Below are positions 37,978 to 47,070 of a stretch of DNA of 64,000 nucleotides, piece after piece; position 1 is the stretch's first letter, and each line of letters starts with the position of its first letter. The notes under the pieces were generated by a model. It had not been told where the DNA came from. It saw only the letters and a list, made by a program, of their open reading frames with translations, and did no database searches. A program made the position numbers and the translations under genes. The stretch comes from Myxococcota bacterium (GTDB lineage Bacteria > Myxococcota_A > UBA9160 > UBA4427), in the NCBI GenBank assembly GCA_036336835.1, contig JAYZFK010000006.1, positions 1 through 64,000 on the forward strand, written 5' to 3'.

Positions 37978-38951
37978 GCGTCCCCCGGTACGGGCTCGGC
38001 CAGCAGGGGGGCGGCGAGTGCGGCGAGATCGTCGGGGCCGCTCACTCCGCCCGAGCGGTAGGGCAGCACCGCCAGGGGCAGGCCGGTCGTGCGCGCGAGC
38101 TCGCGCACGTGATGGCGATGTAGCGCATGCCGCGCGCGGCGGTGCTCCAGGCATGCGGCCAGCGTGGCCGGTCCGAGGCGGCCGACCTTCTGCGACCCGA
38201 GCGAGCTCAGCCGTTCGGGCAGGTCGCCGAGCTCGGGCGGTAGCGGGTCGGGCTCGACGGCGTTGACGACCACGCGATCGGTCGAGATTCCGAGCTCGCT
38301 CCGAAGCCGCTCGACGAGCTCTTGCGTCTCGCGCACCGGAAGCTCCTCGGCCAGCGCCACAGGCAGCAGGCGCGTGCGCCCCGGATCGGCGAGCAGCCGC
38401 TCGACCTCGCTCGCGTTGCGCCGCAGCGGGCCGCTGCGCACCGCCGAGGCGACCAGGCGAGGAACGTCCAGGAAGGTGAGTCCGTGCCCGGTGGCGGGTG
38501 CGTCGACCACGATCAGGTCGACGACCGGTTTCGCCTGCACGCGCTGCTGCTCGAGGTGCCAGATCTTCCCCAGCGTGATCAGCTCGCGCCAGCCGGGTGT
38601 CGCGGTCATCAGCTGCCGGAAGCCGCGGTTGCCGACCACGCGGTTCGCGACTGCGTCTCCCAGCTGCAGGCCCAGATACTCGCCGAGGGCCTCGAAGGGA
38701 TCGATGCGCATCGCTCGCAGCCCGGGCACCAGCTCGCGCCCGGCGTGGCCGACCGATCGAGTTCCCGGAGCGATCAGGCTGGGCGCCTGCTCCGTACGGC
38801 CGACCTCGGCCAGCAGCACACGCAGTCCGCGCCCGGCAGCCGCCAGGGCGAGAGTGGCCGCTACGGTCGTCTTCCCGGTGCCGCCCTTGCCGGTCACGAT
38901 CACGAGCCGGCTGCTCAGGATGGAGGCTCGGGTGTCCAGGGGATCGTCCAT
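37974..38951 (-). CDS. ArsA/Get3-family ATPase (first subunit)
   Basis: VTGKGGTGKTT, PGWRELITLGKI, VDAPATGH, AEELPVRET. Confidence 0.9.
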   Translation of the reverse strand: MDDPLDTRASILSSRLVIVTGKGGTGKTTVAATLALAAAGRGLRVLLAEVGRTEQAPSLIAPGTRSVGHAGRELVPGLRAMRIDPFEALGEYLGLQLGDAVANRVVGNRGFRQLMTATPGWRELITLGKIWHLEQQRVQAKPVVDLIVVDAPATGHGLTFLDVPRLVASAVRSGPLRRNASEVERLLADPGRTRLLPVALAEELPVRETQELVERLRSELGISTDRVVVNAVEPDPLPPELGDLPERLSSLGSQKVGRLGPATLAACLEHRRARHALHRHHVRELARTTGLPLAVLPYRSGGVSGPDDLAALAAPLLAEPVPGDA

Positions 38952-39076
38952 CCGTCCTTTCCCGCGGGGCGTGCGAGGCCGAGTTCTCAAGCCCTTCGGA
39001 GGCTGCTCCGAAATAGCAGACCGGGACGTCCCGGCGCGCAACCGGTGCGCACGGATCGAGGTCGAGGGGGAGCGCC

Positions 39077-40399
39077 GTGATCGTCGAATGTGTGAACTGC
39101 AGCACCTGCTTCCAGCTCGACGACGAACGGATCCCGGTCACCGGGATCCGGGTGCGTTGCTCTCGCTGCAAGGAGGCCTTCTTCCTGCAACATCCCGAGG
39201 CCAGTCAGCGCGAGACGGTCGAGGCGCTCGCGGCTAGTGCAATCGAGGACGCCGCGTCGTCGTTTCCGGAGCCGGCCAGCGATCTCGCCCTGGGCACGTC
39301 CCACGCTGGCGACGCGGCCTCTGCCGCGGGGCTCGTCGACGAAGACGAGGAGGACTGGGAGTTCGACCACGAGGTTCCCGCGCGAGCGCTGGCCCGGGAT
39401 CCGGCTAGCTCGAGCGGGGGCTTCGACGCGTTCTCACCCAGTGGTCTCGAGCTCGACGGCGACGCCGAGTCGAGCGGCCCGGCCCGCGGCGCGAGCGCGC
39501 AGCGGGTGGCCGATGTCCGCGGACCGTTCGGGACCGTGGACGACTTCGGTTCGCTCGCCGAGGGCGAGGCAGACGACATCGAATCCCCGGCGGCGCCCCC
39601 GGGCACCGCGCTCGACTCGGACATCGCGGACGTCATCGATTCGCTGAGCACGCTGAGCGTGGACGACGAGGCGCCGAGCCGTGAGGACGGCGTGGCCGGA
39701 GACCTCGGCGAGCCGGAAGACTGGGATCTGCTGGGCGAGGAGGCACCCGCGGCGAGTACACGGTTGAACCCCGAGCCGACGACAGACCTGCCATCGACGG
39801 TCGCCGAGCCCGGTTCGCGCCCAGTCGCGGAGCAGCGGGTATTGCGGGTCGGCGAGACGCGGGCCCGCGCGCCACGCGGCGTGCGGCTCGCTGGCTCGGC
39901 CATTGGCTGGCTCGGCTTCGCCGGATTGTTCGTCGGCGCACTCGTCGAGGGCCTGGCTGGCTCGGTTGCGGCCGGGCCGACGGTGAACTCCTACCCGGTC
40001 GGCTCACTGGTCGCCCAGGCCGTCGAAGCCCGCTGGGCCACCGTGGCTGGCGGAGAGACGCTGCTCGTGGTCCGCGGCGTACTGCGCAACCCCTCGCCGT
40101 CGGCGCAGCGGGTCGGTGGCTCGCTGGCGGTCGAGCTGCTCGACGCTGCGGGCCGGCCGCTCGAACATCCCGCCGAGCTGGCCGGTCGGCCTTTGCCCGC
40201 GGACGATCTGCGAAATCTCGCGTCGGACGCCCGCGCGGCGCGCAAGAGGTCGGCCGCGAGCGCGTTGTCGGGGGAGCGGATCGCCAGCGGCGGACAGGTC
40301 GAGTTCGCCGCGTACTTCCCACAGGTCCCGCCCGCCGCGCGTCGCGTGGCGGTGCGCGGCCAGGAGAGCGCGGCGAGCTGGTTGGCTGAGCTCCGGTAG
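39077..40399 (+). CDS. Zinc-ribbon (MJ0042-type) membrane protein with acidic linker and DUF3426-like C-terminus
   Basis: MIVECVNCSTCFQLDD..I...VRCSRCKEAF; acidic linker; TM helix; LLVVRGVLRN. Confidence 0.75.
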   Translation: MIVECVNCSTCFQLDDERIPVTGIRVRCSRCKEAFFLQHPEASQRETVEALAASAIEDAASSFPEPASDLALGTSHAGDAASAAGLVDEDEEDWEFDHEVPARALARDPASSSGGFDAFSPSGLELDGDAESSGPARGASAQRVADVRGPFGTVDDFGSLAEGEADDIESPAAPPGTALDSDIADVIDSLSTLSVDDEAPSREDGVAGDLGEPEDWDLLGEEAPAASTRLNPEPTTDLPSTVAEPGSRPVAEQRVLRVGETRARAPRGVRLAGSAIGWLGFAGLFVGALVEGLAGSVAAGPTVNSYPVGSLVAQAVEARWATVAGGETLLVVRGVLRNPSPSAQRVGGSLAVELLDAAGRPLEHPAELAGRPLPADDLRNLASDARAARKRSAASALSGERIASGGQVEFAAYFPQVPPAARRVAVRGQESAASWLAELR

Positions 40400-40471
40400 G
40401 ACTCGACGGGCGAGCCTCTCGAGTCCTGGTCGTGGAAAGCGTTCTGGAGCGAAGACGCCCCTCGCAAGAGG

Positions 40472-40675
40472 TTAGGAGTCCGGGTTGCTCTCCGTGACCC
40501 GTTCCTTGTTCTCTTCCGGCGTCACGTCGATCTCCTTCTTGTCACCGGAGATACCCGACTTGAAGTTGCGGATTGCTTCGCCGATGCCGGACCCGATCTC
40601 GGGGAGGCGCCTTGCGCCGAACAGCAGGACACAGATCGCCAGGATGATGATCAGCTCGGTGGGGCCAATGGGCAT
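40472..40675 (-). CDS. tatA: Twin-arginine translocase TatA/TatE subunit
   Basis: IGPTELIIILAICVLLFGARRLPEIGSGIGEAIRNFK. Confidence 0.95.
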   Translation of the reverse strand: MPIGPTELIIILAICVLLFGARRLPEIGSGIGEAIRNFKSGISGDKKEIDVTPEENKERVTESNPDS

Positions 40676-40779
40676 GGACGCTCCGTGGACGCTGCGACCA
40701 GCGCGAGCAATCGAAAGAGTGACGTCGGTGATCCTACCAGTCAAGGAGGCTTCTGCAGGCTGCTAGGCTCTGCGCTCCC

Positions 40780-42132
40780 ATGATCTTCAAGGCCTACGAT
40801 ATCCGGGGAATCGTGCCCGCGGAACTCGATCCGGATATTGCCTACGGCATTGGCCGTGCCACGGCGCACTACTTGGAGGCCGACCCGATCGCGGTCGGAC
40901 GCGACGCCCGCACCCACTCGCCCGAGCTCGCCGAGGCGCTGATCGACGGCATCCGAGACGAGGGCGCGGCCGTGGTCGACCTCGGCCTGATTTCGACTCC
41001 CATGCTCTATTTCGCGGTCGACCAGCTCGACGCGAGCGGGGGCGTGATGGTGACGGCCTCGCACAACCCGGGCCAGTACAACGGCTTCAAGCTGTGCCGC
41101 GAGCACGCCATTCCGGTCGGCGAGGCGAGCGGGTTGAAGGAGATCGAGGCGCTCTGCTCGGCGCGTGCCAGGGCTCCGGCCGTGTCACCGCGCGGCACCC
41201 TAGGTGTCGAGGCCGTGGTCGACGCCTACGTCGAGCACGTGCTCGCCATCGGCAGCAGCCGACCGAAGCTCAAGGTCGCCATCGACTGCGGCAACGGGAT
41301 GGCGGGCCGCGCGCTCGTGCCGCTGCTCGAACGGCTGCCACTCGAGGTCGAACGCCTCTACTTCGAGCCCGACGGCCGCTTCCCGAACCACGAGGCCGAC
41401 CCGCTCAAGCGCGAGAACCTCGAGGACCTGGTGCAGGCTGTCCGTCGCAGCGGCGCAGACTTCGGCGTTGCCTTCGACGGCGACGGCGATCGCGCCTGCT
41501 TCGTCGACGAGCAGGGCGAGCCGATCTCGTCGGATCTGATCACGGCATTGCTGGCGCGTTACCAGCTGAAGCGCTCTCCGCGCGGGCGCGTGCTGTACGA
41601 CCTGCGTTCGAGCCGCGTCGTGGCCGAGGAGATCGGCAAGGCCGGCGGACAGGCCGAGATGTGCCGCGTCGGGCACTCGTTCGTGAAGGCACAGATGCGC
41701 GAGTCGGGCGCGATCTTCGCAGGCGAGCTGTCGGGCCACTTCTACTTTCGCTTCTCGAAGACGCTCGTCGCCGACGACGGCACCGCGGCCTTCGTCGCGA
41801 TGCTCGACGTGCTCGCCGACCGTGGCGAGCCTCTGTCGAAGATCGTCGCGCCATTGCGTCGTTATGCGGCGAGCGGTGAGATCAATCTGCGCGTGGACGA
41901 TGTGTCACGCGTGCTGAAGAAGATCGAGTCCGAGCACGAGGATGCCGCCGAGATCTCGAAGCTCGACGGCCTGCTCGTGCGCTACCCCGAGTGGTGGTTC
42001 AATCTGCGGCCGTCGAATACCGAGCCCGTGCTGCGCTTGAATCTCGAGGCGGACACGCCCGAGCGCATGGCCAACGAACGCGACCTCCTGCTCGCGCGAA
42101 TCGAGGAGCTCGGCAGCCGGGGCCGGAGCTGA
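40780..42132 (+). CDS. Phosphomannomutase/phosphoglucomutase
   Basis: IFKAYDIRG, TASHNP, FDGDGDR, GELSGHF, NLRPSNTEP. Confidence 0.95.
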   Translation: MIFKAYDIRGIVPAELDPDIAYGIGRATAHYLEADPIAVGRDARTHSPELAEALIDGIRDEGAAVVDLGLISTPMLYFAVDQLDASGGVMVTASHNPGQYNGFKLCREHAIPVGEASGLKEIEALCSARARAPAVSPRGTLGVEAVVDAYVEHVLAIGSSRPKLKVAIDCGNGMAGRALVPLLERLPLEVERLYFEPDGRFPNHEADPLKRENLEDLVQAVRRSGADFGVAFDGDGDRACFVDEQGEPISSDLITALLARYQLKRSPRGRVLYDLRSSRVVAEEIGKAGGQAEMCRVGHSFVKAQMRESGAIFAGELSGHFYFRFSKTLVADDGTAAFVAMLDVLADRGEPLSKIVAPLRRYAASGEINLRVDDVSRVLKKIESEHEDAAEISKLDGLLVRYPEWWFNLRPSNTEPVLRLNLEADTPERMANERDLLLARIEELGSRGRS

Positions 42133-42334
42133 ATCGCTGACCTCCAGACGATCCGGCCCCCCGCTGGCTCCGGGGCAGGCGGCCGCTTCCCGATGCAGCG
42201 TCGGCCGCGTTCGAGAGGGGAGCGGGCCCGTTGCGGGCGGCTTCCGCAGCTCGGCCTGGGTCCGGCGGTGCGCTGCCACAGGTTGATCGCAACTCCCGCG
42301 TTCGGGATCGGTGCGGTCTCGAGCGGCGCCGAGG

Positions 42335-43327
42335 TCAGACGCCGTCCTGGGCCTTCGCCAGCTCAGCCTCGATCAGCTCGACGAAGTCGTCGAGCGGGCG
42401 CGCGCCCGAGAGCATGATGCCATTGACGAAGAAGGCAGGTGTCCCGGTGGTTCCGGCCGCCTGTCCCGCGACGAGATCCTTTTCGACCGACATGGCGGCG
42501 GCGTCGCTCGTGAGACACTCCTCGAAGGCCGCGCGGTCGAGCTCGAGCTCGTCGGCGAAGCCCGCGAGCGTGTCGGCCGACAAATCGCTCTGGCTCGCAA
42601 ACAGCCTGTCGTGGAACTCCCAGAAATGGTCCTGCTGCGCCGCGCACACCGCGGCGATGGCGGCCGGGCGCGCCTGTGGATGGATCGCGTCGAGCGGGAA
42701 GTGGCGGTAGACGAGCCGCACCGAGTCGGGGTACTTCGCGAGGACCTGCTTCACGGTGGGCTCGGCGCGGCTACAGAACGGGCACTGGTAGTCGCTGAAC
42801 TCGACGATCGTGACGGGAGCGTCGTCGCGTCCGAGCGAGGGGCCGACCGCCGGGACCTCGATGCGCGGAGGCTCGAGCTGGATCGTGACATTGGCCGCGC
42901 CGCGCAGGGACCGGAGCACGATGTCATGCTGGTTGCGCTCGAGGAAGCGACGGATCTCGGGTCCGATCTTCTCGAGCGTGTCTTCGGGGCGCATGCGGGC
43001 GCGATTGCTCGCGAAGAACTGCGCGACCTCTTCGTCGGTCACCTCGCCGAGTACCGCGGTCTGCTGCTCGACCAGCTCCTGCTGACTCACGCCGCGTCGC
43101 TCGGCCTCGGTCGCGATGACGAGCTCGGCGATCAGGAGTTCGAGCCCCTGGGAGCGCGCGTCGTAGATCTGGGAGGCGATCTTCTCGTCGAGCTGGGCAA
43201 GCGTGATCGCGCGGCCGTTCACCTCGGCCACAACCGGACTCGGGGGCGCGCTGGTGGCGCCGTGCGAGCAGGCGGAGAGGATCAGGGGAACGGTAAGGGT
43301 TGCGAGCAGGTTGCGATGTCTCGTCAT
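42335..43327 (-). CDS. DsbA-family thioredoxin-fold lipoprotein with SurA-like N-terminal helices
   Basis: Lipobox LSAC; VAEVNGRAIT; EFSDYQCPFC; GTPAFFVNG. Confidence 0.88.
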   Translation of the reverse strand: MTRHRNLLATLTVPLILSACSHGATSAPPSPVVAEVNGRAITLAQLDEKIASQIYDARSQGLELLIAELVIATEAERRGVSQQELVEQQTAVLGEVTDEEVAQFFASNRARMRPEDTLEKIGPEIRRFLERNQHDIVLRSLRGAANVTIQLEPPRIEVPAVGPSLGRDDAPVTIVEFSDYQCPFCSRAEPTVKQVLAKYPDSVRLVYRHFPLDAIHPQARPAAIAAVCAAQQDHFWEFHDRLFASQSDLSADTLAGFADELELDRAAFEECLTSDAAAMSVEKDLVAGQAAGTTGTPAFFVNGIMLSGARPLDDFVELIEAELAKAQDGV

Positions 43328-43377
43328 GGTGATCTCCAGATCGTGCACGTCGCGCGGCACGGTGCAACGCATAGTAT

Positions 43378-44202
43378 ATGGAGCGGATGCCCGACACCCC
43401 CCCCAGCGAGCTTGCCGGTGCCGGCCGCGGATTCCGCGATGGGGCGGTACTGCTGCCCCGCGCGTTCGGCTTGTTGCGCCGGCGGCGCGAACTGTGGGCG
43501 CCTGCCGTGGTTCCGTCGCTGCTGACGGCAGTCAGTCTCGGTCTGACGGCGGTGCTGGTCTACGCGAATGCCGGCGCGCTGCTGGGCGCCATCGCAGACG
43601 CGCTGCCTCGCTTCGAGGCGGGCAGCTGGTACAGCTGGCTCTGGATCGGGCCGGCGAAGGGATTGGCGTTTCTCGCCCGCTACGTGCTCTTCGTCGGGGC
43701 TGCGGCGGTGGCGGTGCTGCTCGGGCTGGTGGCGGCAACGCTGCTCTCGTCGCCGGTGCTCGACGTGTTGTCGCGGCGCGTCGAGCGTGTGCTCGAGGGG
43801 GCGGCGGCCGGCGATGACCAGCCGTCGAGTGCGGCCGGCGTTCTTCGCGAAGCACGCGCGGCGCTGTCGAACGAAGCACTGCGGCTTGGCTCGTTCACGG
43901 CGATCTGGCTGGCGATCGTGGGGCTCGGCCTGGTGGCCCCGTTCGGACCCGTGGTCGCCCCGATCGCGCTGGCGGCGCTGGCGATCGTCTTCCTGCCGCT
44001 CGAGTACTCGGGCTTCGCGCTCGATCGACGCGGCGTTCCGTTTGCCGGCCGACGGGCCTGGCTGGCGAGCCAGCGCCTCAAGGCGGTCGGTTTTGGTTCC
44101 GCCGGCTTCGCGATCGGGCTGCTGCCGGGCCTCAACTTCGTGGCGTTGCCGGTGCTAGTCGTCGCGGGCACGATCCTCGTGCTCGAGTCCCCGCCCCGCT
44201 AG
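43378..44202 (+). CDS. EI24/CysZ-family membrane protein
   Basis: SPVLDVLSRRVE, LEYSGFALDRRG, LPGLNFVALP..V.AGT; several TM helices. Confidence 0.8.
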   Translation: MERMPDTPPSELAGAGRGFRDGAVLLPRAFGLLRRRRELWAPAVVPSLLTAVSLGLTAVLVYANAGALLGAIADALPRFEAGSWYSWLWIGPAKGLAFLARYVLFVGAAAVAVLLGLVAATLLSSPVLDVLSRRVERVLEGAAAGDDQPSSAAGVLREARAALSNEALRLGSFTAIWLAIVGLGLVAPFGPVVAPIALAALAIVFLPLEYSGFALDRRGVPFAGRRAWLASQRLKAVGFGSAGFAIGLLPGLNFVALPVLVVAGTILVLESPPR

Positions 44203-45014
44203 CGCAGCTCGAGCAACGGCCGGGCGAAGTTCCATACCGCCTTCATGGCGGCGCCGGGGAGATCGGTGTGGCCGGCCTCGAACCACTCGATCCGCTTCGG
44301 CTGGCTCGCCGCCTCGAACAGGCGCTCGGTGTGGATCCTCGAGATGGTGTCGTCTCGGGTCGCGTTGACGAACAGCAGCGGTCGCGGCGCGATGGCGCCG
44401 ACGAAGGCGGTCGGATCGAGCGGGCTGCCGTCCGGCCCCGCGCCGGCAATGGCCAGTGCTGCGCCGCGCGGGCGGGGATCGACACCACAAAAGATCGCAC
44501 CCAGGATCCCACCGAGGCTGAAGCCGACGAACACCAGGCGCTTGGCGTCGATTTCGTCGAGGTGTTCGAGCGCGTCGACCAGCCGGCGCAGATCCAGCAC
44601 CGCCTGCCGCGCGAACTCGCTCCACAACAGCTCGCTGGCCCGTTCCCGGAAGTCGTTTGCCAGAGCGGCCGGGCTGGTCTCCAGCAGGCGCTCGCTCATC
44701 TTCGGATTCGTCCGCTCGCCGTGCAGCGGAAAGTCGATCGCAGCGACGGCAGCGCCCTCGCGCACCCAACGTGCGCCGACCGCGTCCATCGCGTCGCCGT
44801 TGCGCGAGCTGGTGAGTCCGTGTGCGAGCACGACGACCGGATGCGGGCCTGCCGAGGCGGGGCGCACGACCTGCCCGGGTACCCGGTCTCCGCGCGAGCT
44901 GAACTCGATGGCGAGGCACGGGAGTCCTGCATACGCGCCCGGTGCGGTGCAGGAACGTGTCTGCAGGGCGATCGGTTCGCTAGGGTCGGGAGCGAGGGAG
45001 CCGCAGCCTGACAT
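44199..45014 (-). CDS. Alpha/beta-fold hydrolase; start uncertain
   Basis: EFSSRGDRVPG, LAHG, GFSLG nucleophile elbow, DDTI and GH catalytic candidates. Confidence 0.85.
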   Translation of the reverse strand: MSGCGSLAPDPSEPIALQTRSCTAPGAYAGLPCLAIEFSSRGDRVPGQVVRPASAGPHPVVVLAHGLTSSRNGDAMDAVGARWVREGAAVAAIDFPLHGERTNPKMSERLLETSPAALANDFRERASELLWSEFARQAVLDLRRLVDALEHLDEIDAKRLVFVGFSLGGILGAIFCGVDPRPRGAALAIAGAGPDGSPLDPTAFVGAIAPRPLLFVNATRDDTISRIHTERLFEAASQPKRIEWFEAGHTDLPGAAMKAVWNFARPLLELR

Positions 45015-45054
45015 CGTGGCGCAGTCTAGCTCGCCTCGGCGGCGGGTCTGTAGC

Positions 45055-45633
45055 TCAGGTTGCGAGCAGCAGCTTGCGCGTGCGGTAGAGGCTCGACTTG
45101 ATCGAGTCCTCACTCTTGCCCAGCCGCTGGGCGATCTCAGCGATCGGCCGCTCTTCGAGGTGGTGCAGCACGAACAGCGCGCGCTGGTCGGCGCTCAACC
45201 GCTCGGCCACGTAGGTCTCGAGCTGGACGGCCCGTTCAGTGCAGTCGTAGACCTGGTCCGGTCGCGGGATCAGCGCCGGCGCGGCGGGGTGCGCGGCCGG
45301 CGAATCCGATTCGTTGTCTTCCATCGGGACGGTCGGGTGTCGCTTGCGCTTGAAGCGGCCGGCGATGGTGCGGCGCGTCAGCCCGAAGATCCACGCGACG
45401 AAGGGCGCCTCGCCGCGATAGGTGCCGATCGAAGCGAAGACGTTGATGAAGACCTCCTGGACGGTCTCCTCGGCGTCGGCGCGATTGTCGATCCGTCTGG
45501 CCACGAAGTGTGAGACGCGTTTGAAATAGCGCTCGTACAGCTCGTCGAAGGCCCGCTCATCTCCGCAGCGGAGCCGTTCTACGAGTTCCCGGTCGTCGAG
45601 TAGCTCACTGTGACTGATCTGCGGAGCGGCCAT
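45055..45633 (-). CDS. ECF-type RNA polymerase sigma factor
   Basis: AFDELYERY, DAEETVQEVF, FVAWIFG, EIAQRLG..SIKSSLYR. Confidence 0.92.
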   Translation of the reverse strand: MAAPQISHSELLDDRELVERLRCGDERAFDELYERYFKRVSHFVARRIDNRADAEETVQEVFINVFASIGTYRGEAPFVAWIFGLTRRTIAGRFKRKRHPTVPMEDNESDSPAAHPAAPALIPRPDQVYDCTERAVQLETYVAERLSADQRALFVLHHLEERPIAEIAQRLGKSEDSIKSSLYRTRKLLLAT

Positions 45634-45797
45634 TCGACACTCGATCCCATTCCGGCCCCAGCATCTTTCCCAGAGCGGGCCAGTTCTCAGCTAGGTAAGT
45701 GGCGCCCAGGAGGCGTAGGTGTCAAAAAAAGTCACCCTGCGCAGAAAAAGGCACAGTGGCGCCGATTTATTGTCCCCCGTGGGGACCAAACGAGGTC

Positions 45798-46289
45798 TCA
45801 GGGGCGAGCTTTGCCGGTGCCGAGGTCCGCGTCGGTGAGACCGGTGCGAAAGGGCTTTTGCGGGCGGGCGGCGGGCCGCTTCGGGGCCGGTGCTCGCGGG
45901 GAGTGTGGCAGCGCCAGGCTCACCGGCGTGGCCGCGCGGAGCAGGGCGATTTGCGAGGTGCCAACTCGCTTCGCGGCGGCACGGGTCTCCGGGGCGAAGG
46001 ACTTCGCGACCAGCAGGGCGCGTACTGGGGCGGTGGCGTCGATGCCCAGGTCCGGCGCGATCTGGCACCAGTCCGGAAGACGCGCCTCGAGCCAGGCCGA
46101 CGAGGCGAGGGCCCGGGTGAAGGTCGCCAGGTCGTCGCCCTCGCCGTCGAACACCGCGACGGCGGCCCGGTTGGCATCGATCGCGACCACGTCGATCCGG
46201 CTCGTCTCGGCGAGCACGTCCTGTGCGACGGGTCGCAACGACGGTGCGAGCCGCGCGAGTCGGCGGCGCAGGTCGGCCCCGCGACTCAT
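45798..46289 (-). CDS. Hypothetical protein, resembles a degenerate NucS/PD-(D/E)XK fold
   Basis: ATGA overlap with upstream ORF; RIDVVAID and VRALLVAKSF resemble the NucS C-terminal domain; no ExK motif. Confidence 0.55.
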   Translation of the reverse strand: MSRGADLRRRLARLAPSLRPVAQDVLAETSRIDVVAIDANRAAVAVFDGEGDDLATFTRALASSAWLEARLPDWCQIAPDLGIDATAPVRALLVAKSFAPETRAAAKRVGTSQIALLRAATPVSLALPHSPRAPAPKRPAARPQKPFRTGLTDADLGTGKARP

Positions 46290-46993
46290 TGAGCTGCGTC
46301 CCGCAGGTCTTCGAGCAACAGTCGGGCCACGTCGGCGAGCGCGCGCGTCGCTGGTGCCGCGGGATGGACCAGGCCGATCGGGCGCTGCGCGACGATCGCC
46401 CGATACAGATGCAGATCGTCGACCAGCAGCCCGTAGCTGGCGAGCGATGCCGCACAGTCGGATTCGACGGCGACGGCGAGCTCCTCGAAGGCGGCGCGGG
46501 CCTCCGCGATCCGTCGAACACCGTGGATGGTGACCCCGATGCGCGCATCGGGCTGTGCCGCAGCGATCGCCAGGGCCTGGTGGTGGACGTGACGCAGGCC
46601 CTCGGGGTCGGGCGCGCTGAGCAGGAGCCAGTGCCGGGGAGCGCCGGGCGAGCTAGCGGCGTGGCCGAGCGTCTCCGCGGGCGGGCAGTCGAGTACGAGC
46701 TGCGGATCCGTCGCCAACTCGCAAGAGCCGAAGTCGTCCGACTCTCGCGCCTGGACGAGTCGGGAGCCGAGCGGGCCGCGACCCGGGGGCGGCCAGAGCG
46801 AGTCGTCGACCGGGCTCCCGCGCGTGACCAGCGTGCAGGGCGCGCCGGAGCGAGAGATCTCGACGCTCAGGTTCCAGGCAACGGCCGCCCGCAGCACGTC
46901 CCCGGCGGCCACGGGCAGCCCGATGACGCGCCGAGGGCCGAGCGCGGCCTCTGGGATGAAGCAGTCGATTACGTCTCCGAGGTCGCGGGGCAC
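46286..46993 (-). CDS. Hypothetical protein, degenerate MinD/FlhG-like fold lacking Walker A; start uncertain
   Basis: AWNLSVEISRSG, LVLDCP, C-terminal DLHLYRAIVAQRPIGLVHPAAPATRALADVARLL; no GKT/S. Confidence 0.6.
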   Translation of the reverse strand: MPRDLGDVIDCFIPEAALGPRRVIGLPVAAGDVLRAAVAWNLSVEISRSGAPCTLVTRGSPVDDSLWPPPGRGPLGSRLVQARESDDFGSCELATDPQLVLDCPPAETLGHAASSPGAPRHWLLLSAPDPEGLRHVHHQALAIAAAQPDARIGVTIHGVRRIAEARAAFEELAVAVESDCAASLASYGLLVDDLHLYRAIVAQRPIGLVHPAAPATRALADVARLLLEDLRDAAQ

Positions 46994-47070
46994 TCGATCC
47001 TCTCGCCGGGGTATCGCTTTGCGGATTTCCGGACGCGGGCGCATGCCCTGGTCGGGGTTGGCCCGACAGT

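Noticed and set aside
36823..38951. Arsenite resistance ATPase
   Set aside because: No arsB/arsC/arsR/arsD nearby and no metalloid-binding Cys pattern; the context is lipid-related
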